From the human T2T-CHM13v2.0 reference genome, Homo sapiens, in NCBI RefSeq assembly GCF_009914755.1, contig NC_060928.1: a stretch of 64,000 bases of DNA, one strand, 5' to 3'. The notes below the pieces were generated by a model. The model was not told the DNA's origin. It did no database searches and saw nothing but the letters and a program-made list of their open reading frames with translations. The translations under genes were made by a program, and so were the position numbers. This document shows positions 1-14,414 of the stretch, piece by piece (the stretch's first letter is position 1; the number at the start of each line of letters is the position of its first letter).

Positions 1-419
1 CTTTTTTGCTTCACCAGATGAGCCAATAAGAGAATCCAGGTCTCTTGATTCTAGTCCAAAATGTTTCTGGGCAACAGTGGAGCCCCAGCTGCTTTTTAAA
101 GCATGGTGATCTGAAGGCAATTTGGCTTGAAGAGGCGCAAGGAGTGGTCAAGTGAGCTGGAATTCTTCAGCCTGTTCATTGGTCAATAACTGTGTTTATT
201 GTTTAAACATAAATAGCATGAGGTAAGGTTTAGGGATGAAGGCTCAATGGTTAAGTGAGAAACCAAAAATCCTTAGAGACCATTCTAACCAATAACCTTA
301 ACTTCCTACATATATCATATTAATTTCCTACATATATCAACTTTGAGTTGTACTCACTTCATGCAAATCTTAAAACTAAGCTGGCATGGAAGGTATTAAT
401 TAGTCACTGTGTGGTTAAC

Positions 420-630
420 TAGTCTACTATAAAGTGGTGAAAAGCCATGGCATGGATCCTAGATTTCAAACAGACCTGTGTTTTGAGCTTGACTCTGCCC
501 CGTATAAGTTATGAAATCTTGAGAGGAGATCTCATAATTTGTGCCTCAGTTTCCTTCAGTGTAAGATGAGATTAATGGCCCTGAATAATGATTATCATAA
601 TGCTTGGTTATCGTATAAAATAACATAAAT
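420..630 (+). mobile_element. MIR SINE fragment
   Basis: Degenerate MIR core 'tgtgcctcagtttccttcagtgtaagatgag' at ~540-570; boundaries approximate. Confidence 0.6.
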
Positions 631-1512
631 ACATGCATATACACATATGTACATGTGACAGCCAATAGCAGATGTTAAAATATTCATTGATGTTTATTAT
701 AAAAATAGGGCAAAATTATAAAGCTGAGTCAGTACCCACACTGGCAATATTGCTTCGCACTTTAGAGAATTTGATAATTTTGGAGTGAATTTTCAAATTA
801 CAAGGATCTATGTTCTTGGTTTTCTCCCTTACTAGTTATTTGAACACCGGACAAGTTACCTAGTAAGTATAAACATTCCTTATCATTAAAAAAAGGTGAC
901 AGAAGAAATGGGAACTTAGGGAGTAAGGTGCTATGAGGCTTACATTAGTTAGCCATGTAAAAGTTAGTATTGTGCCTGTCTCAGCTGTAACTATTATTAT
1001 TTTTATTCACAGGAAGTTGCTTTCAGCCTTTCAGAACATGGTGCTATCTGAGACCGGGTGTTATAAGGAAGAAAGCATGACTTTGAGACAAAGTTTCCCT
1101 CTCTACCTCTGCTTCTTTCCCTTCTTATCATCACTAATGTTTTCCTAAAAGGCAGGCAGTTAGAGAACGGGCTACGGCATCATTTCAAAGGACTCAGAGC
1201 TTATAACCAAGCCACGCACAACATCCAATGAAAAAACTGGATTACTTGATGGGATTTGTCATGTACAAGCTTGAAGACAATGTATGAGTGTTATATTATT
1301 CTCATGTTTCCATAAAACCCAATATAAAAGAAAAAATGTTTTCCCCTGGCTAAGATTATATTTCTATCTCAGATCTAAGGTTGCATACACAGGAAGAAAG
1401 GTCTCTTCTCTTTGTTTTCAGATGAGGAACCAGAACAGACAGCATTCCACACTCTTTAGAGGCAGAGCTGGGGCTAAAATTTGGGATTCTATTAAGATGT
1501 TTGCATTGGATC

Positions 1513-1798
<286 letters not shown>

Positions 1799-2179
1799 GA
1801 TGTTTGCATTGGATCACGCTGAATTCATAAATTTCCCTTCTCTTAAACAATTGGTATGGAATGTAATTAGACTGAATAAATAACCAGACATTTAATTTCA
1901 TGCATATATCTACCTCTTTTGGAAGATACTTTATGAAAGCTGTTCATTCAACATTGAATCCAGGCTCATGAGAATTCTGCAGAATGGAATTATCATCCTT
2001 TATTTACCAAGATGTCCATTAAAATAGAATAAACCAGGGATTGGTACTAATTTTAAAGCCATTTTGAAGACAAAAGAAAAAGGCTGGGCTCAGAATCACT
2101 ACCTACTAAGTGCCAATGAATATCCTATACCAATACCCCTTCTTAGGAAGAAAACAGGAACCCATGGAAACGATCATGG

Positions 2180-2350
2180 ATTCTAGTGTCAGAGAGATGT
2201 GGATTACATATCCAGCGCTATCACTGACTGTGGAATATCCTGAGCCTCACCATAAAGTGGGCATCATACCAATCTTACAAGACTACTTGAAAGATTAATT
2301 AGAATATAAAATTAAGGAGCATAATAGTAAGTGCTAAGTAAATACCAGTT
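2180..2350 (+). mobile_element. MIR SINE fragment
   Basis: Degenerate MIR-like 'cctgagcctcac...ataaagtgggcatcatacc...aagattaatt...atagtaagtgctaagtaaata'. Confidence 0.5.
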
Positions 2351-5199
2351 ATGTTCCCTTCCCCTTTCCTTCACTTCTTGGGGATTCATGGCTTTGAAAC
2401 GTCAGTCTTTCCTCTCCTGGAGTGACTTGTTTTTCTTAAGAGCAGTCCACAGACAACATTCCTTTTAACTTCATGCTTTAAACTTCTGAGTAATCCCCCT
2501 TGGTGAAATGAATCATGTCCGCCTTTGACTTACATTATCATGTCTATAATCACCAATAGCTCTTTGGCTTCTGTTCAACTTATGATCATATTTATGTTGA
2601 TCCCTTTAATTCTGGACTCCAAGGGAAGCATGCCCACCCCACTAAATATGTCAGTAGAGAAGGATATGCAGAATGTTGGTGTCAAAAGTAAATACAAGGG
2701 AGTAAATATTACTTAACTTTCACCTGAAAGAGGAGAAACTAAGTTCCCAACCTCCACACTGAGAACTCCAGACATTTGACAGTGACATTTTTAAATATAA
2801 AATTTCACCGTATTATATTGGTTAAATTTCTGAGACTGGACTCTGGACAGTAAGAAGAAAATTACCAGAACTAGAGGAAACCTTCTGAAATTGGAATAAG
2901 AATAGTTTTATAAAAATTTAATGATTTAGAACCACCAAATTTTATGCTTGGAGGGAGACTACAGAATCTTTAAGCCCGATGGAGGGAAAACCCCAACCTT
3001 AACCAAATTTGCTCTTCCTTAGAAAAATTGGAACACATTTTCTAGAACCTGTATGTTTTAACAAGATTTTTTAAACTGCTTTTACTTCCATAATATATTT
3101 AATATAAGAATATTTCAGCATCATTTAAATGACAATGTCAAAGTAGAATCATGTCTCAAGAGTTTAGTGCCAACATTTTTGTTTATATTTATAATCACAT
3201 TGGTACTAAAAAAAATACTTAAGTGGCAGCATTTAAACATGATTGCAGTATTTTTAAAAGTTGGATACATGGAGTATGGAAAGTCTGGATTTTCATTTTC
3301 CTGAAGGCACCAACCATATTACTCAAGTATTTGAAACACTACTCTAAAATATTTGATTCGCTGAATGCTATGCATGTGTTTTTGGAAAATGTTTTAAACT
3401 TGTAGAAACTGCAGATATTCTCATCTGTAAAGTGGGTATAATAATGATCTTACAGACTAACATTCAATCAAATGACATAATTTAAGATATTTAGCTGTAT
3501 TGTAGAGGTAAGATATGTACAATAAACTTGACTTAACTCTTTTCCTTCCTCTAAACTCTTTTTATACATTCACTTCTTGAGACCACCAGCAACATACATT
3601 TTATATATTATAAACTAAAATAAATAGTGGACTATTTTGTTATGAATAAATCACATAAAATTATTAATGTATCAAATGATGAGGGTAGGTCATCTCAGTA
3701 AAAACAGCTCTAAAATAAATAAGAAAGTTTGGAATATGTAGGGAAAATGCTGCTTTTTTAGGACAGTTCTCTTCTCTTACTTGGAGGAGAGACACCTACT
3801 CTCTCTCATCCTGGAAGTGGATCCTCTGATTCTATCATCAATAGGCAAAGTACCACCCAGTAAGGAAACCTATATTTAAAGAGATAATAGTACTAGCCAG
3901 GTTGCTTCAGGCATTGTATCTAATGAGTTTAGAATAAACCCTGGGTAACTTTGTATCAGAGGGTGACAGTTTTCCCCAGCTTTACTTTCTCTTTCCCTTC
4001 ACTTGAAGTATTGGCAAAGGCCAGAAATTGTGCTACCATCTCAGTTGTATGCCTGCTACTGAATTTCATGGCTTGAGTGAGGACCCATCCTATAGTTTAT
4101 GGCCCTGCCACACTTTTCCCTATGTCCTGGAAGACTGAATATTTTTCCTAAATCTCCCTAACATTTAATAAAGAGGAAGGTATTGGCCTGATAGGAACCA
4201 TTCAAATACTGTAAAACAATGTTTGATTATATAATAAATAATTATTGAATCTGTAAATTTTCAGGATCATTTTGGGTATTAAATGGCTGAACAGGTTAGA
4301 ATGACTAATGCAGTGTCTGGAACACACAGTAGATACTCTTAATTATGAGACACTTATTTTAATTATCTTTATTCAATTAGTGGAGGCTTTACAAATCTCT
4401 AGGAATTTGAAATATAATTTAGCTCTTTCTTAGCTACTTAACACTTAATGTAATAAGAATGTAGAGGCTGGAGTGGTGGGAGAAATATTTAGTAGGGTTC
4501 AAATCACTAATAGGAATAGATGAGATGGAAAGGTCTGGATTTAGGCAGATGTTGTCTATGTCTATGGGGATCAAGGCTTAATCATGAAAGACAGGAGAGT
4601 AAAGGCCAAACTGTATTCACATTGTAAATAGGTAAACACAAAGATAGAAATCATCCTGTAGAGAATGGCCAGATCCTGGTGGTTAAGAGTCTGGAAGGGG
4701 GCGGGCTCACATGTGATAAACAGATAAGGGGTGGATCATGGGAGTGATAACAGTAAGGGATGTTTAACCACGAAGCATCTGCAGAAAGAGGAAAATCCAG
4801 TTGCATAATCCAAAGTGACAGCATCCAGGCAGGGTCTGTGCTCTGTAGGCTGAATGTTCGAGGAGTCTGGAGAGGTGGGGTGTAATTAGTTTACAGATTT
4901 ATCGTAAACAGAGATTTCCAAACTGATTTGTATCATTGAATGAGCCTAAACAGCTAAAGTTGGCTGCTTCTTGTCTTTCATCTTTTTAAATATCATCTCC
5001 TCAGTGCCAAGAAACATGTACTGAGTGTAAAACCCAAGAGCAAGAATAAATCCCGGAAAAATGAGATAAAAGTATAACTGGGAATTTGTGCATGTGAGAG
5101 TACTTTGACTTTCTGGGTGACTTTACATACACACTTGCACCCAGCTGGGTTCATCTTGTGAGGAAGTAGATGAAATATGATGATGAGATGATAAGTCAG

Positions 5200-5500
5200 A
5201 TTTTTAAAAACAATCTTGTCATTTCTTTCTGCATGCAAAGATGTCCTATATTCACAACAGTGAATGCAATGTAACTAATCCAGTTATTTTTATTTAGAAC
5301 AATTTCAAAATTTCTTTTGAGCCACTCTTTGGTGAAATATATACCAACTTTTTTTATTTTTAAATGAAAAATTCTACTGTTCAGTTGAATCACTCTACTC
5401 TTTCATTAGTATTCACTCTGGCTAATGTTTGGCAGTTTCCAAAATTCAAATCCACCTTCAAATGGTGATGAATTTTATCATTGGTGATATTCAATATAGC
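5200..5500 (+). mobile_element. Ancient mariner-like DNA transposon fragment (MARNA-like)
   Basis: 'tggcagtttccaaaattcaaatccaccttcaaa' (~5430-5462) translates as WQFPKFKSTFK, resembling the mariner transposase segment just after the YSPDLAP motif; degraded, boundaries approximate. Confidence 0.5.
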
Positions 5501-8500
5501 ATCAGTTGAAAATAATATTTTTACCAATTTTCATTCTAAGTAAGATGTGATTCTAAGGAAGAGCAAAGCCGTTTACAGTGCCTGTGGAAATAGCTAGATG
5601 ATATGTTTTTCTGTAGACTCATCTTATGTATCTTTCATTTACTCTTTGTATTGACATTGATCTTTCACACAGCATAGGACTGATCTGATTTTACATAAAG
5701 CAAAGGGAACATGTCAATAGAATAAAATAATCAGGGTTAAGGTAGTTGCCTTGCGGTTTGTCTCATACAACTATATAATCAGTCTGTTACCTCAGTCATG
5801 TCTTGATGTTCGTTTGGATAATAATTGCAATTTGTTACTTTTGTCACTATTTCAGTGTTTACAGGACTTCGTCCATGGACATCATTCCATTTGATCTTCA
5901 GAAACACTGTAGGATATTCATTGCAGAATATAAGATATTTTCTATTTCCATTATGAAGATGACGACTGTTGAGAGAGTTTAAGTGATTTGCACAAGTTAC
6001 ATAGGAGACTAAAAGAGTTCTAGTTTAAACATATTTCATGAAAGAACTCTTTCCATTCTACTATGTGAAACTCTAAAAAAAATTGTCTGCCATAAAATGA
6101 AGGTTTGCCTAAAAAACCAAGCCTAAAAATTTAGCAGAGAAGAAGTATAGAAAATATCACATAGCAAGGTAATTTGTTTATATGCATGTTATGCACATGC
6201 ATGCACATGCCATAGAGAGAGAGACACACAGAGGCAGAGACAGAGAGAGAGAGAGCATGTCTGTGGTTAAGTGTATTTATTGGGTAGCTGATATAGCTCA
6301 AGTAGATTAAATGTACTGAGAGCATTCTTAATTTTTTTATATACAAGTCTTAGAAATGACATAGGAAAAACTAAAACAATTGTGGCCATTATTGATGCTA
6401 TCTATGAGCCAAATAGGTATAGACTTTTGAAAGTATATATTGAGATTAAACTATCATTCTCTACAAATGATTGTGCTTATTGACGTTCTACCCCTTGCTG
6501 TTTTCACACAAGTTTTGCTCACTTTTCTTGAAAAACTGCTGTTTAAAGTTGACTTTGTTCAATAATGTTTTCCAGATTCAAAGTGTGCATATTGATTTAT
6601 TTTTTGTCTCAACTTCAGTAACTCAATACTTCATGGTTAGTGTTTAATTATTCTCAAATTTTGTCTCATCTATCAATTTCTTTTCATTTAGAAAATAATT
6701 ACTGAATGGACCCATGAATTGATTCTTTTTTATTAATTGGTTAATATTTTTAATTGATACATTGTAATTGTACATATTTCTGAGATAAAATTTTATGTTT
6801 TGATACATATCTATATTGTATAGTGATCCAATCAAGGTAGTGCCTCTATCACCTCATGCATTTAAATGTATTAACCACTCACTGTTCTACTTTCTGCTGC
6901 TATGATATCATATATTTTTTTTTATTCCACATATAAGTGAGCACATGCAGTATTTGTCTTTCTTTGTCTGGCTTTTTTCACTTAATGTGATGTCCTTTAA
7001 GTGCATCTATATTGCCACAAATGTCAGGATTTCATTTTCTTAAAAAGACTGAATAATATTCTATTGACACATTTTCTTTATCCATTTATCCATTCTTTGA
7101 CACTTAGGTTGATTCCATATCTTTGCTATGATAGATAATGCTCCAATATCTCTTCAAAATACTGATTTAATTACATTTGTGTCTATACTTAGTAGTGTGA
7201 TTGCTACTGTGCATATGGCAGTTCAATTTTTAAATTTTTTGATGTATCTTCCATATTGTTTTCATAATGACAGTACTAGTTTACAATTCAACCAACAGCG
7301 TAAAAGGGTTCCCTTTTCTCAATATCCTCATCAATACTTGTTTCTTTTGTCTTTTTGTTAAATAGTCTAATTGGGTAAGATATCACATTGCAACTCTTAT
7401 TTAAATTTCCCTAGTGATTTGTGATGTTGAGCATTATTTATATACCTGTTGGCCATTTGTCTGTCTTCTTTTGACAGAAAGTTCTGTTGATCATTTTTTA
7501 ATTATGTTCCTCATATATTCTGGATATTAACCCCTCATCAGATGTATAGTTTACAAATATGTTTTCCCATTTTGTAGTTTGTCTTTTCACTTCAATAAGA
7601 GTTTCCTTTGCTGTGCAAAAGCTTTTTAGCTTGATGAAATCCCATTTGTTTATTTTTGTTTTTATTTCCTGTGCTTTGAGGTATTTCAAAAATCTTTGCT
7701 CAACCCAATGGTAGGGAAGCATTTCCTCTCTTTTTGTGTTTTATCGTTTCAGGTAATACACTTAAGTCTTTGATCTATTTTGAGTCTATATTTGTGCATG
7801 GTGACAGGTGGAGGTCTAGTATGAATATTCACTTTTCCTAGCAGCATTAATTGAAGAGAGTTTTTGCCATAATGTGTGTCCTTGGCAGCTTTGTCATCAA
7901 TCAGTTGGCTATAGATACATGAGTTTATTCCCAGTCTCTCTCTTCTATTGATCCATGTGTCTGTTTTTATGTCAGTACCATATTTTATTGGTTATTACAG
8001 GTTTGTAGTATATTTTGAAGTCAAGTAGAGTGATACCACCAATTTTGTTCTTTTTGCTATGCTTTGTTCAGGCTATTTGGGATTTTTGTTGTTGTTGTTC
8101 CATATGAATTTTACTTCTTTTCTATTTTTGTGAAGAATGTCATTGGAATTTTGATAGGAATTGCATTACATGTGTATATCTCTTATGGTATGGCCATTTT
8201 AATAATATGAATTCTTTCAGTTCATGAACATGGGATATCTTTTCATTTATGTGTGTCCTCTTCAATTTCTTTCATCAAAGTTTATAGTTTTGGTATAGAG
8301 ATCTTTTGCATCCTTGCTTAAATTCATTCTTAGTTATCTTATTTTTGTAGCTCTTGTAAATGAAATTTTCTTAATTTTTTTCAGAAAGTTAACTATTAGC
8401 ATACAGAAACACTATTGACCTTTGTATGTTATGTTTCTGTTTTTCTTAGTTTAGCTAAAAGTTGATTGACTTTATTTATCTTTCCAAAAACCAGTCTGTT

Positions 8501-8899
8501 TTGTTGATTTTTTTGAATTTTTGAAGTATTTTATCTCTGCTCTGAGCTTCATTTTCCTTCTTCTATGAATTTTGAGTTTAATTTGTTCTTGTTTTTATAG
8601 TTTCTTAAGGTGCATCATTAGATTATTTATTGGAAATCCTTTTCTTTTTATTTAGATGTTGCTTCATATAAATTTACCTCTTAGAACTGCTTTTGCCGTT
8701 TCTCACAGGTGTTGGTTTAATATCTTTCCATTCTCATTTGTCTTAGGAATTTTTTAACTTCCCTGTTAATTTCTTCATTGTCTCATTGTTTGTTTAGGAA
8801 CACGTTGTTTAATTTTAAGCTATTTATTGTTTCCAAAGTTTTTCGTATTGTTGATTTCTAGTTTTATGTCATGTGGAGTCAGAAAACATACCAGGACCA

Positions 8900-9253
<354 letters not shown>

Positions 9254-10230
9254 TTAAGACTTATTTTGTGGCCTAACATGTAATCTATTCTGGAGAATGT
9301 TTCTTGTGCACTTGAGAAAAATGTGATTTCTGCAACTATTGGATGGAATGCTCTGTAAATGTCTGTTAGGTCCATTTGGTCTCTGATGCATTTAAGTCCA
9401 ATTTTTCTTTGTTAATGTTTTGACTACATGGTCTGCCCATAGTTGAAAGTTGAGTGGTAAAGTCCCCTACTGTTATTGTATTGCCATTTATCTTCCCCTT
9501 TAGGTCTAATAATATTTGCTTTATATATCTGCATGCTATAATGTTGGATGCAAATGTATTTATAATTGTTACATTCTTTTGCTGAATTGATCCCTTTTAT
9601 CATTAAATAAAGACCTTTTTCTCTTTTACGGTTGTTGTCTTCAAGTCTTTTTTATTTGATATAATTATGACTACATATACTTGCTTTTGGTTTTTATTTG
9701 CATGAAATATATTTCCTTTCCTTCACTTTCAGTCTATGTTTGTCTTTAACAGTGAAACAGTGAGATGAATCTCTTGTAGGTAACATAGAAATCGAGTCTT
9801 ATTTCTTTCATCTACTAACCACTCTACAGCTTTTACTTGGAGAATTTAATATATTTACATTCAAGGTTATTATTGATAGATAAGGAATTACTTCTGCCAT
9901 TTTATTAATTTTCTGGTTGTTTTGTTAATGCTTTGTTCCTTTCTTCCTCTTCCATTGTTTACTTCTGTGGTTTGATGGTTGTCTGTGGTACTAAGCTTTG
10001 TTTCCTTTATCTTTCTCATTTGTGTATTTGCTATAATTACATTTTTGTGGTAACCATGGGTCTAACATCAAGAGTCTTAAAGTTATAACAGATTAATTTA
10101 AGCTGATAGCAACTTAAATTTGGTCATATAAAAAGACTCTATATTATTTCCCTTTCCCCACAATTTATATTTGTGTTGCCATAATTTGCTTATCTATTAT
10201 TGTTTCTTAGCCACCAATTGAATCTGTTGA

Positions 10231-10490
<260 letters not shown>

Positions 10491-12213
10491 TTTTTTTTAC
10501 TATTTTTACTTCAAAACTTCATACTAGACAATTGAAAGATGTACATAGCACCATTACATCACTGGGGTATTCTGGGTATAAGTTATAACTTTATGTCTAC
10601 TGGTGAGTTTTATACATTCATGTGTTTTCATGATAGTGATCATTATCCTTTGTTTCCAGTTGCAGCACTCTTTAAGCAATTCTTATCAGGCCAGTCTAAT
10701 GGTGAATTCTCTTTGCTTTTTTTTTTTTTTTTTTTTTTTTGTCAGGAAAGGCCTTTATTTCTCCTTTATTTCCGAAGAATAGCTTTGCTGGAATAGTTTT
10801 ATTGGCTGACAGTTATTTGCTTTATTTGAGCACTTTGAATATATGATTCCATTCTCTCCTCGTCTGCAAGGTTTCTGCTAAGAAATGTGATGATACTGTA
10901 AAGGTGACTGTTTTATACGTGAGTTGACACTTTCTCTTGCTGCTTTTAGAAATCTCTCTTTATCTTTGGCTTTTGACAGTTTGATTATAATGTTCTTCAG
11001 AGAGTTTGTATTGAATATAATTAGGGCTTTTGAGCTTCCTGAATCTGTATGTTCATATCCATCTCACCACTTAGAAAGTTTTCAGTTATTATTTTGCAGA
11101 ATAGGGTTTCTGCACGTTTTTCCACCTATTCTCTCTCTAGTACTCATATAATAGTAATAAAAAAAATTGTCAGCTTAATGATCCCACAAGCCTTTTAGGA
11201 TTTCTTCTTTCCTTGTTTTTAATTCTTATTTCTTTATTTTTCCTCTGATTGCATTATTTCTTTTGGTTGATATAATGTGTTGTTGAAGCTCTTAATTTTA
11301 TTTATCTATTTATTTATTTTGAAGCCAACTGAATGGCATGATGTTCTTGGCTTTTGCCTTCCAGTGTACTGTCAGACACACTGTGGAAAGGCCCTCAGGT
11401 TTCTGTCACCTCCATATCATTCTCACTATCCTCCCCTTCTTTCCAAGGATCCCATGTCCTGGGATTCCACACTGTCTTGCTCAGAATCATCCAGATTTTA
11501 GGCCATAACTCTTTTGCCACCCCCCACGTGGAGGGATTGTCTGGTTAGAGTCTCTGTATTCTCCTTGCTTTTATCCCCCTCCCTTTTATCTAGCTTCTTC
11601 ACAAAATTCCCATGCAGGGCAACATGAACGCTCACATATCAGTCTCTCTATCAATTGTATTTTAAAACTTAATTCATTGACTTATTCAGCTCCATCATTT
11701 AGTTTGTTCTTTTTTATGATATCTATCAAAATTCCTTATTTAGATCATGAACTGTTTCCTGATTTTATTAAATTGACTGTGTTCTTTTGTAACTTCCCGA
11801 CTTTCCTTATGATTATCAATTTGAATTCCTTTTCAGGCATTTAATAAATGGCGAGTTATTTTACTTAAGAGGTATTGTTTTTTTGGAGGGTGACAATGTT
11901 TTCCTGCCTTTTTTTTGTTTTTGTTTCTTATGTCCCCAAATTGATATCTGTGCATCTGGTTGTTGAGCTAGGCATGTGCAGATACAGAAAGCCAACAGGC
12001 TGTCTGTAGGGCTTTTGGGGGAGGTGGTAGGAACTTCCAGGCTGGTTGTTGGGCAAGGCTTGGGCATATGTTGGTGCAACCGCCCAGTGGCTGTCAGGCT
12101 ATCTCTTCAGAGTGAGGGGGGCACCACCAGACCAGCCATCAGGCCAGTCACAGGTACAGGCAGATGCTGCAGGGCCACATGCCTCTGTGGCAGTCTGTTT
12201 GTGTCTTGGGATT

Positions 12214-14414
12214 TGATATGGTTTTGCTGTGTCGCCACCCAAATCTCAACTTGAATTGTGTCTCCCAGAATTCCCACGTATTGTGGGAGGGACCCAGGGG
12301 GAGGTAATTGAATCATGGGGGCCAATCTTTCCCATGCTATTCTCGTGATAGTAAATAAGTCTCACAAAATCTGATGGGTTTATTAGGGGATTCTGCTTTT
12401 GCTTCTTCCTCATTTGCTCTTGCTGCCACCATGTAAGAAGTGCCTTTCACCTCCTACCGTAATTCTGAGGCCACCCCAGCCAAGTGGAACTGTAAGTCCA
12501 CTTAAACCTCTTTTTCTTCCCAGTCTTGGGGATGTCTTTATCAGCAGCATGAAAACAGACTAATACAGTAAATTAGGACCAGTAGAATGGGGCATTGCTG
12601 AAGATACCCAAAAAATGTGGAAGCAACTTTGGAACTGGGTAACAGGCAGAGGCTGGAACAGTTTGGAGGGCTCAGAACAAGACAGGAAAATGTAGGAAAG
12701 TTTGGAACCTCCTAGAGACTTGTTGATGGTGGAGCAAAGGTAACTCTTGTTATGTTTTAGCAAAGAGATTAGCGGCTTTTTGCACCTGCCCTAGAGATTT
12801 TTGGAACTTTGAACTTGAGAGAGGTGATTTAGGGTATCTGGCAGAAGAAATTTCTAAGCAGAAAAGCATTCAAGAGGTGACTTGAGTGCGATTAAAGGCA
12901 TTCAGTTTTATAAGGGAAGCAGAGGATAAAAGCTTGGAAAATTTGCAGCCTGACTATACAAGAGAAAAGAAAAACCTGTTTCCTGTGGAGAAATTCAAGG
13001 CAGCTGCAGAAATTTGCGTAAGTAGCAAGGAGCCTAATGTTAATCCCCAAGACCATGGAGAAAATGTCTCCAGGCCATGTCAGAGACCCTCACAGCAGCC
13101 CCTTCCATCACAGGCCAGGAGGCTGAGGAGGAAAATGTGGTTCTGTGGGCTGGGCCTGGGGTCTCTGTGCTGTGTGCAGCCTGGGGACTTGGTTCCCTGT
13201 GTCCCAGCTACTCCAGCCATGGCTGAAAGGGGCCAACCTACAGCTTGGGTTGTGGCTTCAGAGGGTGGAAGCCCCAACCCTTGGCAGCTTCCATGTGATG
13301 TTAAGCTTGAAAGTTCACAGAAGTCAAGAATTGAGATTTGGGAACCTCCGCGTAGATTTCAGAAGATGTATGGAAATGCCTGGATGCCCAGGGAAGTTTG
13401 CTGCAGGGGTGGGGCCCTCATGGACACCCTCTGCTAGCGAATTGCAGAAGGGAAATGTGGGGTTAGGGCCCCCACACAGAGTCCCTACTGGGGAACTGCC
13501 TAGTGGAGCTATAAGAAGAGGGCCACCCTCATCCAGACCCCAGAATGATAGATCCACTGACAGCTTGCACTGTGCACCTGGGAAAACCACAGACACTCAA
13601 CACCAGCCCATGAAGGCAGCTAGAAGGGAGGATGTACCATGCAAAGCCACAGGAGTGGAGATGCCCAACACTATGGGAACCCACCTCTGGCATCAGCGTG
13701 ACCTGGATGTGAGACCTGGAGTCAAGGAGATCATTTTACAGCTTTAAAATTTGACTGCCCCACTGGATTTTGGACTTGCATGGACTCTGTAACCCCTTTG
13801 TTTTCTCCAATTTCTCCCATTTAGAATGGCTGTATTTATCCAACACCTGTACCCCCATTGTATCCAGGAAGTAACTAGCTTTCTTTTGATTTTACAGGCT
13901 CACAGGTGGAAGGGACTTGCCTTGTCTCAGATGAGAGTTTGGACTGTGGACTTTTGTGTTAATGCTGAAATGAGTTAACACTTTGGGGGAACTGTTGGGA
14001 AGGCATGATTTGTTTTGAAATGTGAGGACGTGATATTTGGAGAGGCCAGGAGGGGAATGACATGGTTTGGCTGTGTCCCCACCCAAATCTCAACTTGAAT
14101 TGTATCTCCCAGAATTCCCACATGTTGTGGGAGGGACCCAAGGGGAGGTAACTGAATCATGGGGGCCAGTCCTTCCCATGCTATTCTTGTGATAATGAAT
14201 AAGTCTCATGAGATCTGCTGGGTTTATCGGGCATTTCTGCATTTGCTTCTTCCTCATTTTCTCTTGCCACTGCCGTGTAAGAAGTGCCTTTCACCTCCCA
14301 CCATGTTTCTGAGGCCTCCCCAGCCATGTGGAACTGTAAGTCCAATTAAACATTTTTTTCTTCCCGGTCTTGGTGGGTATGTCTTTATCAGCAGCATGAA
14401 AATGGACTAATACA
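12214..14414 (+). mobile_element. THE1A MaLR element with both LTRs (LTR 12214-12567, internal 12568-14057, LTR 14058-14414)
   Basis: TG...CA termini on both LTRs, THE1A-type 'aatctcaacttgaattg', purine tract before the 3' LTR, perfect 5-bp TSD GGATT (12209-12213 / 14415-14419). Confidence 0.95.
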
